NCBI GenBank assembly: GCA_031364845.1
Contig: JANLWX010000067.1
Span: 1-45,258 of the forward strand
DNA length: 45,258 bases
Reading direction: 5' to 3'
Source of the DNA: Candidatus Eiseniibacteriota bacterium
Lineage (GTDB): Bacteria > Eisenbacteria > RBG-16-71-46
In this document: positions 29,184 to 41,696 of the stretch, piece by piece
How the letters are laid out: the number at the start of each line of letters is the position of its first letter
Position numbering within the stretch: position 1 is the first letter of the stretch
Program-made: the position numbers and the translations under genes
Notes under the pieces: generated by a model
Database searches by the model: none
Told to the model about the DNA's origin: nothing
The model's input: only the letters and a program-made list of their open reading frames with translations

Positions 29184-31255
29184 GAACCCGATCCACCTTC
29201 GGCCGCGATCGTGACCTCCGCCGCGCGCGTTCCCGGAGGTGCGAGCACGCGGCGATCGCCGGAGCGGATCAGTGGCGCGGCGGGATCGGAAGCCAGCCGC
29301 GTGCCCGGCGGCAATTGCAGCGCGGTCCACACCGGTACTGCCGTCCACGTCCACTCGGCGCGGTCGCCGTCGCGGCGGAACGTGACGTCGAGATCGCCCC
29401 ATCGCGTCGGAGCACGATGAATGTGTCCGTCACGCCACCAGCGCGCACGCGCACCGAGCGTGAGCATCAGCGTGTCCGCATCGTCGAACACCAGAGCCTG
29501 ATGGACGAGCGTGACCAGTGCCGCAGCACTCGTGGCATGCGGGGGCAGATTGCGGCCGAAGTCCCCGCCGCTCCGCGTGAACAACTCGCCCGCACTACCG
29601 CTCGCCGACCGCCAGCGCAGCATCGCTTCGAGCACCTGATCGGCGGCTTGATATTCACCCGCAACCAGCGCCCACGTCGCGAGATCGACACCATAGTAGT
29701 ACTGGAGCGTGTCGGGCCCGCCGTAGGTGAGCAGTCCCGGTCCGCCGCTCGCGGTCCACACGCGATGGGCGAGTGCGGCGGCACGGGAATCGAACGGCTC
29801 GATCACGCGGCTCGGGAACGCCGCGGTGAGATTGCCCCAGTCGCGACCCACGCCCTGCCACGACGGCGGCACGTCGAGGCTCGGCGACCGGGCGAGCGCC
29901 GCGCGGAAGTCCGCGAGATAGCGCGCGCGCGCCGCCGCGATCGAGTCCGCGATCGCCGCGCGCCCCGCCGCGCGCGTGATCCACTCGGCCGAGCGATAAC
30001 CGGCGATCATCCACGCATCGTTGCCCGTGAGCTGTGCACGCGTGAGCTCGTTGTCGCGCGGTTCGGCGTAGGGCATCAGCGTTCCGTATGGCCAGTCGGT
30101 CTGCCGGCCGAGATCGCGCATCCATTCGCTCCAGTGCCACGCGCGCTCGGAAGCGTCGGCGAAGCGCGCGAGCGAATCCGCACGGCCGCCGCGCGCGTGC
30201 GCCTGTTCGAACGCCCACAGCGCCTGGCCCGTGCCATCGAGCTGTCCACGCTGCGAGAGGAATGCGCCCTGCGGCCACTGGAGTCCGAGCAATCCGCCCG
30301 CCAGTTCGCGCGCCTCACGCGCGTAGCCCGAGAGCGAGAGTGCCTGGATCGTGCGCGCTCCGTCGCGCAGCCACACATCGCGATAGTGGAACGGTCCGCC
30401 GATCGGCACCCACGCCACACCCCGCCGCTCGCGGCACGACAACAAGACGACGAGTGCCGCGCGCACCGCGTTCTCGGTTTCGCGATCACCGAGTTCGAGC
30501 CCGCTGCCGAGCGCCATCCGGTCGTCCCACTCGCGCCGCCCGCGCGCGACCGAAGCGCCATGGCTCTCTCGCGCCCACGAAGCGAGCGCGCGTTCGGATT
30601 CCGGATACGCCGGGAGCACGACGCGAAGCCGTTCGGTCGCGTGCGCCGCCAGCGTCCACTGCGCGGCGAGCACCGGGCCGTCGGAAGGACGGTCGGACCA
30701 GCCTTGGACCGGTCGATCATTTCGTCCACTGCCCCAGCTCAGAACGCCGATCGACTCTGGCGCATCGAAGGCCGCAAATTCCGGAACCCCCGCCGGCGCA
30801 CCCAGCGCCAGTTCGATGCGAGCCGGCGCGGGCGCATCGCCGAGATTGGTGGCCGAGATCTCGAGCGAAGCGATCAACCCCGAGTCGCGGACCCCCGGCA
30901 GGGCGATGGCCTCGAACGACCACCGCACGCCGGCGCTCATCCGATTCCAGCGCAGCACCGGCCGCCACCGATCCTCCGCCGCGATCCGCGCCGGCGGCTG
31001 TGCCGGCGTTCCGGAAGCCGAGGGGGAGATACGCACCTGCCAGTCCCCGTTATAGAGGGAGCCGTTCGAGTCCACGTACCAGGCCCGCGACGCCCCGGGC
31101 CACATCAGAGCACCCGAGGGCCGGGCATAGGCGTCGGGAATGGAATCGGGATCCCAGGCGGATGGGGCGGGGGTGGGGCTGGAAGTGCAGGAGGCCAGGG
31201 TCAGCGCGGAAATGAAGCTCAGGAATCGCGCGTAACCCGATGGGCCCATAACCAT
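29180..31255 (-). CDS. Putative lipoprotein with six-hairpin (alpha/alpha)6 glycosidase-like domain
   Basis: Lipobox 'LTLASC'; 'GGPFHYRDVWLRDGA', 'QLDGTGQALW', C-terminal 'APTRWGDLDV'; start 31255 or 31249. Confidence 0.75.
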   Translation of the reverse strand: MVMGPSGYARFLSFISALTLASCTSSPTPAPSAWDPDSIPDAYARPSGALMWPGASRAWYVDSNGSLYNGDWQVRISPSASGTPAQPPARIAAEDRWRPVLRWNRMSAGVRWSFEAIALPGVRDSGLIASLEISATNLGDAPAPARIELALGAPAGVPEFAAFDAPESIGVLSWGSGRNDRPVQGWSDRPSDGPVLAAQWTLAAHATERLRVVLPAYPESERALASWARESHGASVARGRREWDDRMALGSGLELGDRETENAVRAALVVLLSCRERRGVAWVPIGGPFHYRDVWLRDGARTIQALSLSGYAREARELAGGLLGLQWPQGAFLSQRGQLDGTGQALWAFEQAHARGGRADSLARFADASERAWHWSEWMRDLGRQTDWPYGTLMPYAEPRDNELTRAQLTGNDAWMIAGYRSAEWITRAAGRAAIADSIAAARARYLADFRAALARSPSLDVPPSWQGVGRDWGNLTAAFPSRVIEPFDSRAAALAHRVWTASGGPGLLTYGGPDTLQYYYGVDLATWALVAGEYQAADQVLEAMLRWRSASGSAGELFTRSGGDFGRNLPPHATSAAALVTLVHQALVFDDADTLMLTLGARARWWRDGHIHRAPTRWGDLDVTFRRDGDRAEWTWTAVPVWTALQLPPGTRLASDPAAPLIRSGDRRVLAPPGTRAAEVTIAAEGGSGS

Positions 31256-31281
31256 TCCAGCGATTTGGCCTAACCTGGTGA

Positions 31282-31384
31282 GGCGAAGATTGTGGATGCG
31301 GCTCATCCAGCCCTCCGGAAGCCTGTAAGTGGTTGCCCGCCAACGGGAGCTTGGGGCAGTTTCGGTCCCTCTACAATCTTCGCC
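31282..31384. repeat. Perfect 12-bp inverted repeat pair bounding a 79-bp intergenic segment
   Basis: GGCGAAGATTGT (31282-31293) / ACAATCTTCGCC (31373-31384). Confidence 0.9.
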
Positions 31385-31398
31385 ACACAACCAACGAC

Positions 31399-31427
31399 TT
31401 GACGCGTGTCGCGGGGAAGCTCACCTT
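31399..31427 (+). promoter_or_regulatory. Possible sigma70 promoter of the cold-shock gene
   Basis: TTGACG N17 CACCTT; preceded by IHF-like AACCAACGACTTG. Confidence 0.4.
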
Positions 31428-31475
31428 AGCCTTCGTCTCCGGGCCGAACCCCCCAGGCATTCATGGAGGAACACC

Positions 31476-31679
31476 ATGGCGCGTGACACCGTCAAGTGGT
31501 TCAGTGACCAGAAGGGCTACGGGTTCATTGCGGCCGATGACCAAGACGAAGTATTCGTCCACCATTCCGCCATCGAAGGCAACGGCTTTCGAACGCTGCA
31601 CGAGGGCGATCTGGTCGAGTACGACGTCAAACAGAGCGACAAAGGCAACGAAGCGTCGCACGTGATTCGCGTGATCTGA
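31476..31679 (+). CDS. Cold-shock domain protein (CspA family)
   Basis: 'TVKWFSDQKGYGFI', 'VFVHHSAI', 'GFRTLHEG'; GGAGG RBS. Confidence 0.95.
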   Translation: MARDTVKWFSDQKGYGFIAADDQDEVFVHHSAIEGNGFRTLHEGDLVEYDVKQSDKGNEASHVIRVI

Positions 31680-31699
31680 AACGTCGTTCCCGGAGTGCT

Positions 31700-31730
31700 C
31701 GCGGCCCGATGGCTCCCGCATCGGGCCGCG
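31700..31730 (+). terminator. Hairpin after the csp gene, probable terminator
   Basis: CGCGGCCCGATG-gctcccg-CATCGGGCCGCG perfect 12-bp stem. Confidence 0.65.
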
Positions 31731-31809
31731 GTGCATTTGGCGCACTGCCGGTTCCCCGACGGACCCCCTCGAAGCCCCGTGGCTTGACACGACATCTATC
31801 CTGAGGCCC

Positions 31810-34785
<2,976 letters not shown>

Positions 34786-34816
34786 CGCCCCGCACCCGCA
34801 CGCGAAGGAGCTTTCG

Positions 34817-35305
34817 ATGAGCGATGAAGCACCTCACGACGCCGTTCAGCGGCTGTTGCGGCTGATGGGCGACCGGCTCGAAAGCTTCCTCGACGGCGAC
34901 GAACTCGCGTTCGAGACGCTGGGCGAGGCGATCGAGGAGTCCCACTTCTCACCCGACGAAATCCACGCGACGCTGCTCGTGCTGAACAGCCTCGGGGGGG
35001 CGTATCCGGGAGCTTCGCTGGCGAGCGTCGAAGGCGCGCCGGGCAAGCACGCGCACCGCGTGTGGAGCGATGAGGAGCGGGATTCGCTGACGCCGGAAGC
35101 GTGGGGCTTCATGCTGGATCTCAAGGGGCGCGGCTCGCTCGACCCCGAGCAGTTCGAACGCGTACTGGACGTGCTCACGACTTCGATGACCCGGCCGGTC
35201 GGGATCGATGTCGTGCGCGAAGTGGCGGCACGCATCGCACTGCATGTCGAACCGGCCGAGGGAATGGGGGAGACCGAGTATGGCGAACACGACCTCGCGC
35301 ACTAA
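34817..35305 (+). CDS. smg: Smg/DUF494 family protein
   Basis: 'RVWSDEERDSLTPEAWGFMLDL...LDPEQFERVLD'; AAGGAG RBS; immediately upstream of topA. Confidence 0.75.
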   Translation: MSDEAPHDAVQRLLRLMGDRLESFLDGDELAFETLGEAIEESHFSPDEIHATLLVLNSLGGAYPGASLASVEGAPGKHAHRVWSDEERDSLTPEAWGFMLDLKGRGSLDPEQFERVLDVLTTSMTRPVGIDVVREVAARIALHVEPAEGMGETEYGEHDLAH

Positions 35306-37889
35306 GAAGCCGAAGGACGCGACGCCGAAGGCTGCGGCGATCGATGACGCCACGGCGGGGATCGATCCGCCCGCCGATGCCGCGGAAGAGGTGAAGCCGA
35401 AGAAGGCCAAGGCCGCGAAGGCTCCGAAGGCCGCAAAAGCTCCAAAGGCCGCGGCGAAGCGCGCGAAGCCGGCCGCGGACGACACCGAGGGTGCGAAGCC
35501 GAAGAAGAAGGCGGCCCGCTCGCGCAAGGCCGCCGACCCCGACGGCGATGCGGCCGAGGGTGACGGCAAGCCCGGCAAGTCGCTGGTGATCGTCGAGTCG
35601 CCGACCAAGTCGCGCACGCTCACCAAGTTCCTGGGACGCGGATTCTCCGTGATCGCGTCCAACGGTCACATCATGGACCTGCCGAAGAGCAAGCTCGGTG
35701 TGGATCTCGAGAACGACTTCGAACCCGAGTACGTTCCGATCCGGACCAAATCCAATGCGCTGGCGAAGATCAAGACCGCGGCGCGCACCGCGGGCCACAT
35801 CTATCTCGCACCCGACCCCGACCGCGAGGGCGAAGCGATCGCGTGGCATCTCGCGACCGCGCTCGAAGGCATCGGACGGCCGATCCAGCGGCTCACGTTC
35901 AACGAGATCACCGAGCGCGCCGTGAAGCTCGCGATCGAGTCTCCGCGCGAGCTCGACATGAACCTCGTGAACGCGCAGCAGGCGCGCCGCGTGCTCGACC
36001 GCCTGGTGGGCTACAAGGTCAGCCCGTTCGTGTGGAAGACCGTGCGCTACGGACTGTCGGCGGGCCGCGTGCAGAGCGTGGCGCTGCGGCTGATCTGCGA
36101 GCGTGAGGAAGCGATCCGCGCGTTCATCCCTGAGGAGTACTGGACCCTCGAGGCCGACTACCAGACCGAAGCGGGCGAGCGATTCACGACGCGGCTGGTG
36201 CGCGATGGCGAAAACGAGATCGAGCAGGGCCAACTGCGAGGCGACGGAGCCGCACAGCGCGCCCAGGCACTCGCGGACGAACTGCGCCAGGCCAAGGCGC
36301 GGGTCGCCACCGTCGACAGCTCGCCGCGCTTCGTTCATCCGAAGGCGCCGTTCATCACGAGCACGCTGCAGCAGACCTCGTTCAACCGGCTCGGCTACGG
36401 CAGCCAGCGCACGATGGCGCTCGCGCAGCAGCTCTATGAAGGTGTCGCGATGGGCGAGCAGGGCAGCGCCGGTCTCATCACGTATATGAGAACCGACTCT
36501 CCGCGGCTTGCGGGCGAAGCGATCGGAGAGATCCGCACGTGGCTCGCGGCCCAGCTCGGTCCCGACTACGTGCCCGAGTCGCCGCGCGCGTTCAAGAGCA
36601 AGAAGTCGGCGCAGGATGCGCACGAAGCGATCCGGCCGACATCGATCGAACGCACGCCCGAGTCGGTGCGGCGTTTCCTCACCGACGAGCAGTTCCGTCT
36701 CTACGATCTCATCTGGAAGCGCGCCGTCGCGTCGCAGACCGCCTCGGCCGAGTACCTCGCCACGACGATCGAGATCGCGGCGGGGCGGCTCGGACTGCGC
36801 GCGAGCGGACGCGTGCTCAAGTTCGCGGGATTCCAGAAGCTCTACGGCATGGACGAAGAGGACGACGCGACCGAATCGCGCATCCCCGCACTCACGCCCG
36901 ATCAGCCGCTCACGCTGGCGTCGGAGCCCGTCGCAGGAGCGGGGGCGAGCCGCGTCGGAGACGATGGCGAGCCGGTGGCCGGCGAGACGGACGACGTTGT
37001 GCGCCCGGAACAGCACTTCACGCAGCCGCCTCCGCGCTACAGCGAAGCCTCGCTGGTGAAGACGCTCGAAGAGGAGAACATCGGACGCCCGAGCACCTAT
37101 GCCTCGATCGTGACGACGATCACCTCGCGCGACTACGTGAACAAGGACAAGGGGCGCCTGATGCCGACCGATCTCGGCATGGCGGTGAACCGCCTGCTGG
37201 TCGACACGTTCCCCGATATCTTCAACGTGAAGTTCACCGCGGGCATGGAAGAGAACCTCGACGAGATCGAAGAGGGCAAGCAGGAATGGCATAAAGTCAT
37301 TCAGAACTTCTGGGAGCCGTTCAGCAAGGATCTCGCAGTTGCCGACCTCGCGAGCAAGCAGCATCGCCAGAAGGTCGAAGAAGCGACCGACATCGCGTGC
37401 TCGAACTGCGGCCGCATGCTGGTGAAGAAGTTCGGCCGGCGCGGCCCGTTCCTCGCGTGTCCCGGCTATCCCGAGTGCAAGTTCACACGCCCGATCGACG
37501 ACGCCGAACTTCCGGTGCCCGTGGACGGAACCTGCGAGCTGTGCGGATCGACACTCGTCGCGCGCAACGGTCCGTTCGGACGCTTCATCTCGTGCTCGCG
37601 CCGTCCGGAGTGCAAGTACACCAAACCGTTCACGCTCGGGCTCAAGTGTCCTGATTGTGGAATCGGCGAAATCGCCGAGCGGCGCACCAAGCGCGGCAAG
37701 ATCTTCTTCGGCTGCACGCGATATCCCGAGTGCACGTTCGCGGCGTGGGATCGTCCGCGCGAAACTCCGTGCCCGAACTGCGGCGCGGCGTTCATGGTCG
37801 AGAAGGAGACGAAGAAGGGATTGACGCTGCGCTGCCTCAAATGCAAGTCGAGCTTCGATCCGGACACGCTCGGTGCGCGCAGCGCTTGA
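35280..37889 (+). CDS. topA: Type IA DNA topoisomerase with N-terminal Lys/Ala-rich extension and four C-terminal zinc ribbons
   Basis: 'LVIVESPTK', 'DPDREGEAI', 'SAGRVQS', catalytic 'ITYMRTDS', 'GIGRPSTY'-like 'NIGRPSTY'. Confidence 0.98.
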   Translation: MANTTSRTKKPKDATPKAAAIDDATAGIDPPADAAEEVKPKKAKAAKAPKAAKAPKAAAKRAKPAADDTEGAKPKKKAARSRKAADPDGDAAEGDGKPGKSLVIVESPTKSRTLTKFLGRGFSVIASNGHIMDLPKSKLGVDLENDFEPEYVPIRTKSNALAKIKTAARTAGHIYLAPDPDREGEAIAWHLATALEGIGRPIQRLTFNEITERAVKLAIESPRELDMNLVNAQQARRVLDRLVGYKVSPFVWKTVRYGLSAGRVQSVALRLICEREEAIRAFIPEEYWTLEADYQTEAGERFTTRLVRDGENEIEQGQLRGDGAAQRAQALADELRQAKARVATVDSSPRFVHPKAPFITSTLQQTSFNRLGYGSQRTMALAQQLYEGVAMGEQGSAGLITYMRTDSPRLAGEAIGEIRTWLAAQLGPDYVPESPRAFKSKKSAQDAHEAIRPTSIERTPESVRRFLTDEQFRLYDLIWKRAVASQTASAEYLATTIEIAAGRLGLRASGRVLKFAGFQKLYGMDEEDDATESRIPALTPDQPLTLASEPVAGAGASRVGDDGEPVAGETDDVVRPEQHFTQPPPRYSEASLVKTLEEENIGRPSTYASIVTTITSRDYVNKDKGRLMPTDLGMAVNRLLVDTFPDIFNVKFTAGMEENLDEIEEGKQEWHKVIQNFWEPFSKDLAVADLASKQHRQKVEEATDIACSNCGRMLVKKFGRRGPFLACPGYPECKFTRPIDDAELPVPVDGTCELCGSTLVARNGPFGRFISCSRRPECKYTKPFTLGLKCPDCGIGEIAERRTKRGKIFFGCTRYPECTFAAWDRPRETPCPNCGAAFMVEKETKKGLTLRCLKCKSSFDPDTLGARSA

Positions 37890-38763
37890 AGCATTCCTGA
37901 CCGAGCTCGGCTCGATCCGCCGCGCGTCGCCTCACACGCTCTCGGCGTATCGGCGCGACATCACGCGTGTGCTGGATCTTGCTGCGGGGGAATCGCGGAC
38001 CGTCGCGCCCGGCGCGTGGACGCGCGAGTTGCTCGAGCGGGCGATGCGCGAGCTCTATCGTGCGGGCAACTCTTCGGCGACAACGGCGCGCGCACTTGCC
38101 GCGTGGCGCAGCTTCTCCAAGTACTGCGTGCGGCGCGGAATTCTCGAGCAGGATCCAGCGCGTTCACTCGCGTTCCCGCGCCTCGGCCGGCGCCTTCCGC
38201 GCACGCTGCCTTCGATCGAGTTGGGTGAAGCGCTCGACCGGCTGAATGGCGCGGACAAAATTTCGCTGCGGGATCGCGCGATGCTCGAACTGGCGTATTC
38301 GTCGGGTCTGCGCTTGTCCGAGTTGGTCGGGCTGGACCACGCGGATGTGTCCGCCGGCGCTCGTCTGGTGCGCGTGCGCGGCAAGGGCCGGCGCGAGCGC
38401 GTGGTGCCGGTCGGAGAGGGCGCATTCGCCGCACTCGAGCGCTGGTGCTCGTGCTGTGAGCGCGAGATGCCGGCCGCGCGCGGCGCGCGGGCGCTGTTTC
38501 CGAACGCGCGCGGTGAGCGGCTGTCGGGGCGCACGTTCCAGCGCATCGTCGCGCGCCGGCTCGCCGGCATCGCCGCGGGACTCGGCGTGACACCGCACGC
38601 GCTGCGTCACTCGTTCGCGAGCCACCTGCTCGATCGCGGCGCCGATCTGCGCGCGATCCAGGAATTGCTCGGGCACTCCTCGCTCGCCACCACGCAGATC
38701 TACACGCACGTGTCGCGCGCGCGGCTGCGCAAGGCCTACGCTCAGGCGCATCCGCGCGCGTGA
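37873..38763 (+). CDS. xerC: Tyrosine recombinase XerC
   Basis: 'YSSGLRLSEL', 'RGKGRRER', 'TPHALRHSFASHLL', 'LLGHSSLATTQIYTHV', 'AHPRA'; topA-xerC synteny. Confidence 0.9.
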   Translation: MRAALEAFLTELGSIRRASPHTLSAYRRDITRVLDLAAGESRTVAPGAWTRELLERAMRELYRAGNSSATTARALAAWRSFSKYCVRRGILEQDPARSLAFPRLGRRLPRTLPSIELGEALDRLNGADKISLRDRAMLELAYSSGLRLSELVGLDHADVSAGARLVRVRGKGRRERVVPVGEGAFAALERWCSCCEREMPAARGARALFPNARGERLSGRTFQRIVARRLAGIAAGLGVTPHALRHSFASHLLDRGADLRAIQELLGHSSLATTQIYTHVSRARLRKAYAQAHPRA

Positions 38764-39872
38764 GCGACCGCACGCCGTCCGCAGCGCGCGGGATGGGTTC
38801 CCCGCACGCCGACCCGCCTGGCACGTGGCGTTTGCGCGCGGCGCAACTCGCCGGCGCCGTAGCACTGATCACGCTCGCGGCCGGCTGCGCCAAGAAGGAA
38901 TCGCCCTCCGGCGGTCCGCCGGACATCGATCCGCCGCGTGTCGTATCGGCATTTCCAGATTCGGGCAGTGCCAGCGTGCCGCTCGATGTGCGCCCGACGC
39001 TGACGTTCAGCGAAGGCATGGAGCCGCGCTCGACCGGCGAAGCGGTGTCGATCGCGCCGCCGGTCGAGATCCGCCAGCGCCGCTGGAAGGGCAAGTCGTT
39101 CACGCTCGTGTTCTCCGATTCGCTCGCGCGCGACCGCACGTACACCTTGTTCGTGTCGGGTACCGCGCGCGATCGCCACGGCAACACGTACGGCACCGGA
39201 AAGACGGTCGTGTTCAGCACCGGTGCCGTGTTCCCGCCGGGATCGATCTCGGGCCGGATCAGTGCGCGCGGGTTCCCGGCCGGCGGCACGTATCTGTGGT
39301 GCTACAACATCGGACTCGGCCACGCACCCGACAGCACGGCGCGCGACTTCGACGGACTCGGACTCGCCGATGACGACGGCTCGTTCGAAATCGCGGGCCT
39401 CGCAGTACCGGGACGCTACCGGCTGTGGGCGTTCGTAGATTTGAACGGTAACCGTTCGCTCGAGCCGGTGTCAGACGTGCTCGCCGCAATCGACACCACA
39501 TTCGATCTGACCGCCGCCGCACCCCGCGCGTCGGGCGTGCTGCTGCGCGTCACCAATCCGCGCGCGCCCGGGTTCGTCGCGGGTTCCGTGGTGGACTCGA
39601 TCGCCGACAGCACCGGCGTGTTGCACGTGATCGCGATGTCCGCGAGCGACACGACCAAGCAGGTGCTGATCGAGGCCGATCGCGAAGGCAATTTCGAACT
39701 GCGTCTCGATGTCGGAACCTGGAACGTGCGCGCGTTTCGCGATCTCGATGCGAACCGCGCGTGGCAGCGCCCGCGCGAGCGCGCGAGCGCCAGCATGGAG
39801 ATCGTGGTGGAGCCCGCCGGCCGCGTGACCGCGGTGGTGCTGACGCTGCGCCCGCAGACGGGCGGCCCATGA
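38760..39872 (+). CDS. Lipoprotein with Ig-like (Big_5-type) domain
   Basis: Lipobox 'LAAGC', 'CAKKESPSGGPPDIDPPRVV', 'LTFSEGM', DxNGN-like loops. Confidence 0.8.
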   Translation: MSDRTPSAARGMGSPHADPPGTWRLRAAQLAGAVALITLAAGCAKKESPSGGPPDIDPPRVVSAFPDSGSASVPLDVRPTLTFSEGMEPRSTGEAVSIAPPVEIRQRRWKGKSFTLVFSDSLARDRTYTLFVSGTARDRHGNTYGTGKTVVFSTGAVFPPGSISGRISARGFPAGGTYLWCYNIGLGHAPDSTARDFDGLGLADDDGSFEIAGLAVPGRYRLWAFVDLNGNRSLEPVSDVLAAIDTTFDLTAAAPRASGVLLRVTNPRAPGFVAGSVVDSIADSTGVLHVIAMSASDTTKQVLIEADREGNFELRLDVGTWNVRAFRDLDANRAWQRPRERASASMEIVVEPAGRVTAVVLTLRPQTGGP

Positions 39873-40750
39873 TTGCGTTTCCGTTCGTCAAGATGCACGG
39901 AGCGGCGAATGACTTCGTGGTGATCGACCACCGCGAGCCATTCCTGCCTGCGGACGCGGACGAGCGCGCCGAGATGTTCCGGCGCATGTGCGACCGGCGC
40001 CGCGGGATCGGTGCCGACGGCGTGCTGCTGCTGGAGCGCGATGCCGAAGCGGACTTCCTGATGCGCTACCACAACGCCGACGGCGGGATCGCCGACTACT
40101 GCGGCAATGGCGCGCGCTGTCTCGCGCGGCGCGCGCTCGATCTCGGCCTCGGCCGCGAGGGCGTCGTGCGGTTCCGCACCGCGATGGGGATGCAGCGGGC
40201 GCAGCGCGCGGGCGAACGGATCGACGTCCACGTGGGCGTGATCGCCGGCCCCGGGACCCCGATGACGTTGGAGGCGGCTGGACGTTCGTTCGAGGGCCGC
40301 GTGATCCGGGCCGGGGTCCCGCACTTCGTCACGCGGGTCGAGCGGGTCGCGGATGTGCCGATCGAAGCCTGGGCACCGGCGCTGAGGCGGCACCCGGCGC
40401 TGGGTGAGGAGGGTGCCAATGTGGACTTCGTCGCCCCGTTCCACCCGGAAGCGGCGGCCGCCGGCCGGCGCGCCGAAACCGAAATCTCGATGCGCACCTG
40501 GGAACGCGGGGTAGAAGGTGAGACGCTGGCGTGCGGAAGCGGTGCGATCGCCTCGGCGCTCGATGCAGCGGCGGCGGGGGCAGATTCACCGGTCACGGTG
40601 CACACCGCCGGAGGCGACGAATTGACGGTGACATTCCGGGTAATTCCCGAAGGGTGGGACGTAAGCCTCGCCGGTCCGGCGGTGGTGGTGTTCACCGGCA
40701 GCTGGTCGGGGCACGGCTCGATCGTGCCCGGTCCGGTCACGCACGCCTGA
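39869..40750 (+). CDS. dapF: Diaminopimelate epimerase
   Basis: 'FVKMHGAANDFVVID', 'CGNGARC', 'GVPHFV', 'ERGVEGETLACGSG'. Confidence 0.96.
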   Translation: MIAFPFVKMHGAANDFVVIDHREPFLPADADERAEMFRRMCDRRRGIGADGVLLLERDAEADFLMRYHNADGGIADYCGNGARCLARRALDLGLGREGVVRFRTAMGMQRAQRAGERIDVHVGVIAGPGTPMTLEAAGRSFEGRVIRAGVPHFVTRVERVADVPIEAWAPALRRHPALGEEGANVDFVAPFHPEAAAAGRRAETEISMRTWERGVEGETLACGSGAIASALDAAAAGADSPVTVHTAGGDELTVTFRVIPEGWDVSLAGPAVVVFTGSWSGHGSIVPGPVTHA

Positions 40751-40770
40751 GCGTGCACGAAGGAGGAGCG

Positions 40771-41664
40771 ATGTTCGAAGGTCTGTCGGTGGCGATGGTG
40801 ACGCCGTTTCGAGGCGGCGAGATCGACTTCGAGGCGGTGGAGCAGCACGTCGAATTCATGATCGACGGAGGCGTCGAGGGGCTCGTCGTGTCGGGTTCGA
40901 CGGGTGAAGCCGCAACGTGCACGGTCGAAGAGCGCCGCGCGCTGTGGGCGTTCGTGCGCGACCGCGTGAAGCATCGTATTCCCGTGATCGCCGGCACCGG
41001 CACCAACTCGACCGCCGACAGCGTGGTGCTGACCGCGATCGCCGAGGAACTCGGTCTCGACGGCGCGATGATCGTGACGCCCTACTACAACAAGCCGACG
41101 CCCAAGGGCCAGATCGCGCACTTCAAGACGATCGCCGCCAGCACCAAGCTGCCGATTGTGCTCTACAACGTGCCCGGCCGCACGGCGACCAACACGATGC
41201 CCGAGACGTTCGAGCAGGTCGGTAACATTCCGAACCTGGTCGCGATCAAGGAAGCCTCGGGCAGCCTCGATCAGGTGAGTGCGCTGGTCGCGCGCACGCG
41301 CTTCGCCGTGCTGTGCGGCGACGATTCGCTGACCGTGCCGATGATCGCGGTGGGGGCCAAGGGCGTGATCTCGGTGGTCGGCAACGTCGCGCCGCGCGAG
41401 ATGCGCGCTCTCACCGATCACGCGTGCGCCGGACGCACGGCCGAGGCCGCGGCGGCGCACGCGAAGCTGCTGCCGCTGTTCAAGGCAATGTTCGTCGAGT
41501 CGAATCCGGCGCCTGCCAAGTATCTGCTCTCGGCGATGAAGCTGATGGCGAACGAGCTGCGGCTGCCGCTGGTCCCGGTCGAGCCTTCGAGCGAGCAGGC
41601 GATCATGTCTGCGGCGCACGCGGTCGGCATGTCGCTCGCGGCGTCGGCCACGGCAAAGCGGTGA
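40771..41664 (+). CDS. dapA: 4-hydroxy-tetrahydrodipicolinate synthase
   Basis: 'GSTGEA', 'TPYYNKP', 'LYNVPGRT', 'IKEASG', 'ESNPAPAK'; AGGAGG RBS. Confidence 0.96.
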   Translation: MFEGLSVAMVTPFRGGEIDFEAVEQHVEFMIDGGVEGLVVSGSTGEAATCTVEERRALWAFVRDRVKHRIPVIAGTGTNSTADSVVLTAIAEELGLDGAMIVTPYYNKPTPKGQIAHFKTIAASTKLPIVLYNVPGRTATNTMPETFEQVGNIPNLVAIKEASGSLDQVSALVARTRFAVLCGDDSLTVPMIAVGAKGVISVVGNVAPREMRALTDHACAGRTAEAAAAHAKLLPLFKAMFVESNPAPAKYLLSAMKLMANELRLPLVPVEPSSEQAIMSAAHAVGMSLAASATAKR

Positions 41665-41696
41665 GCCGCGGTGCCGCGCCCGAGGCAGAACGAAGC

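Noticed and set aside
34786..34816. Absence of dprA upstream of smg-topA despite comEC in the window
   Set aside because: The gene may lie elsewhere in the genome; nothing can be concluded from this window
37873..38763. Tyrosine recombinase as integrase of a mobile element
   Set aside because: XerC length and motifs, overlap with topA, housekeeping context, no att sites or cargo
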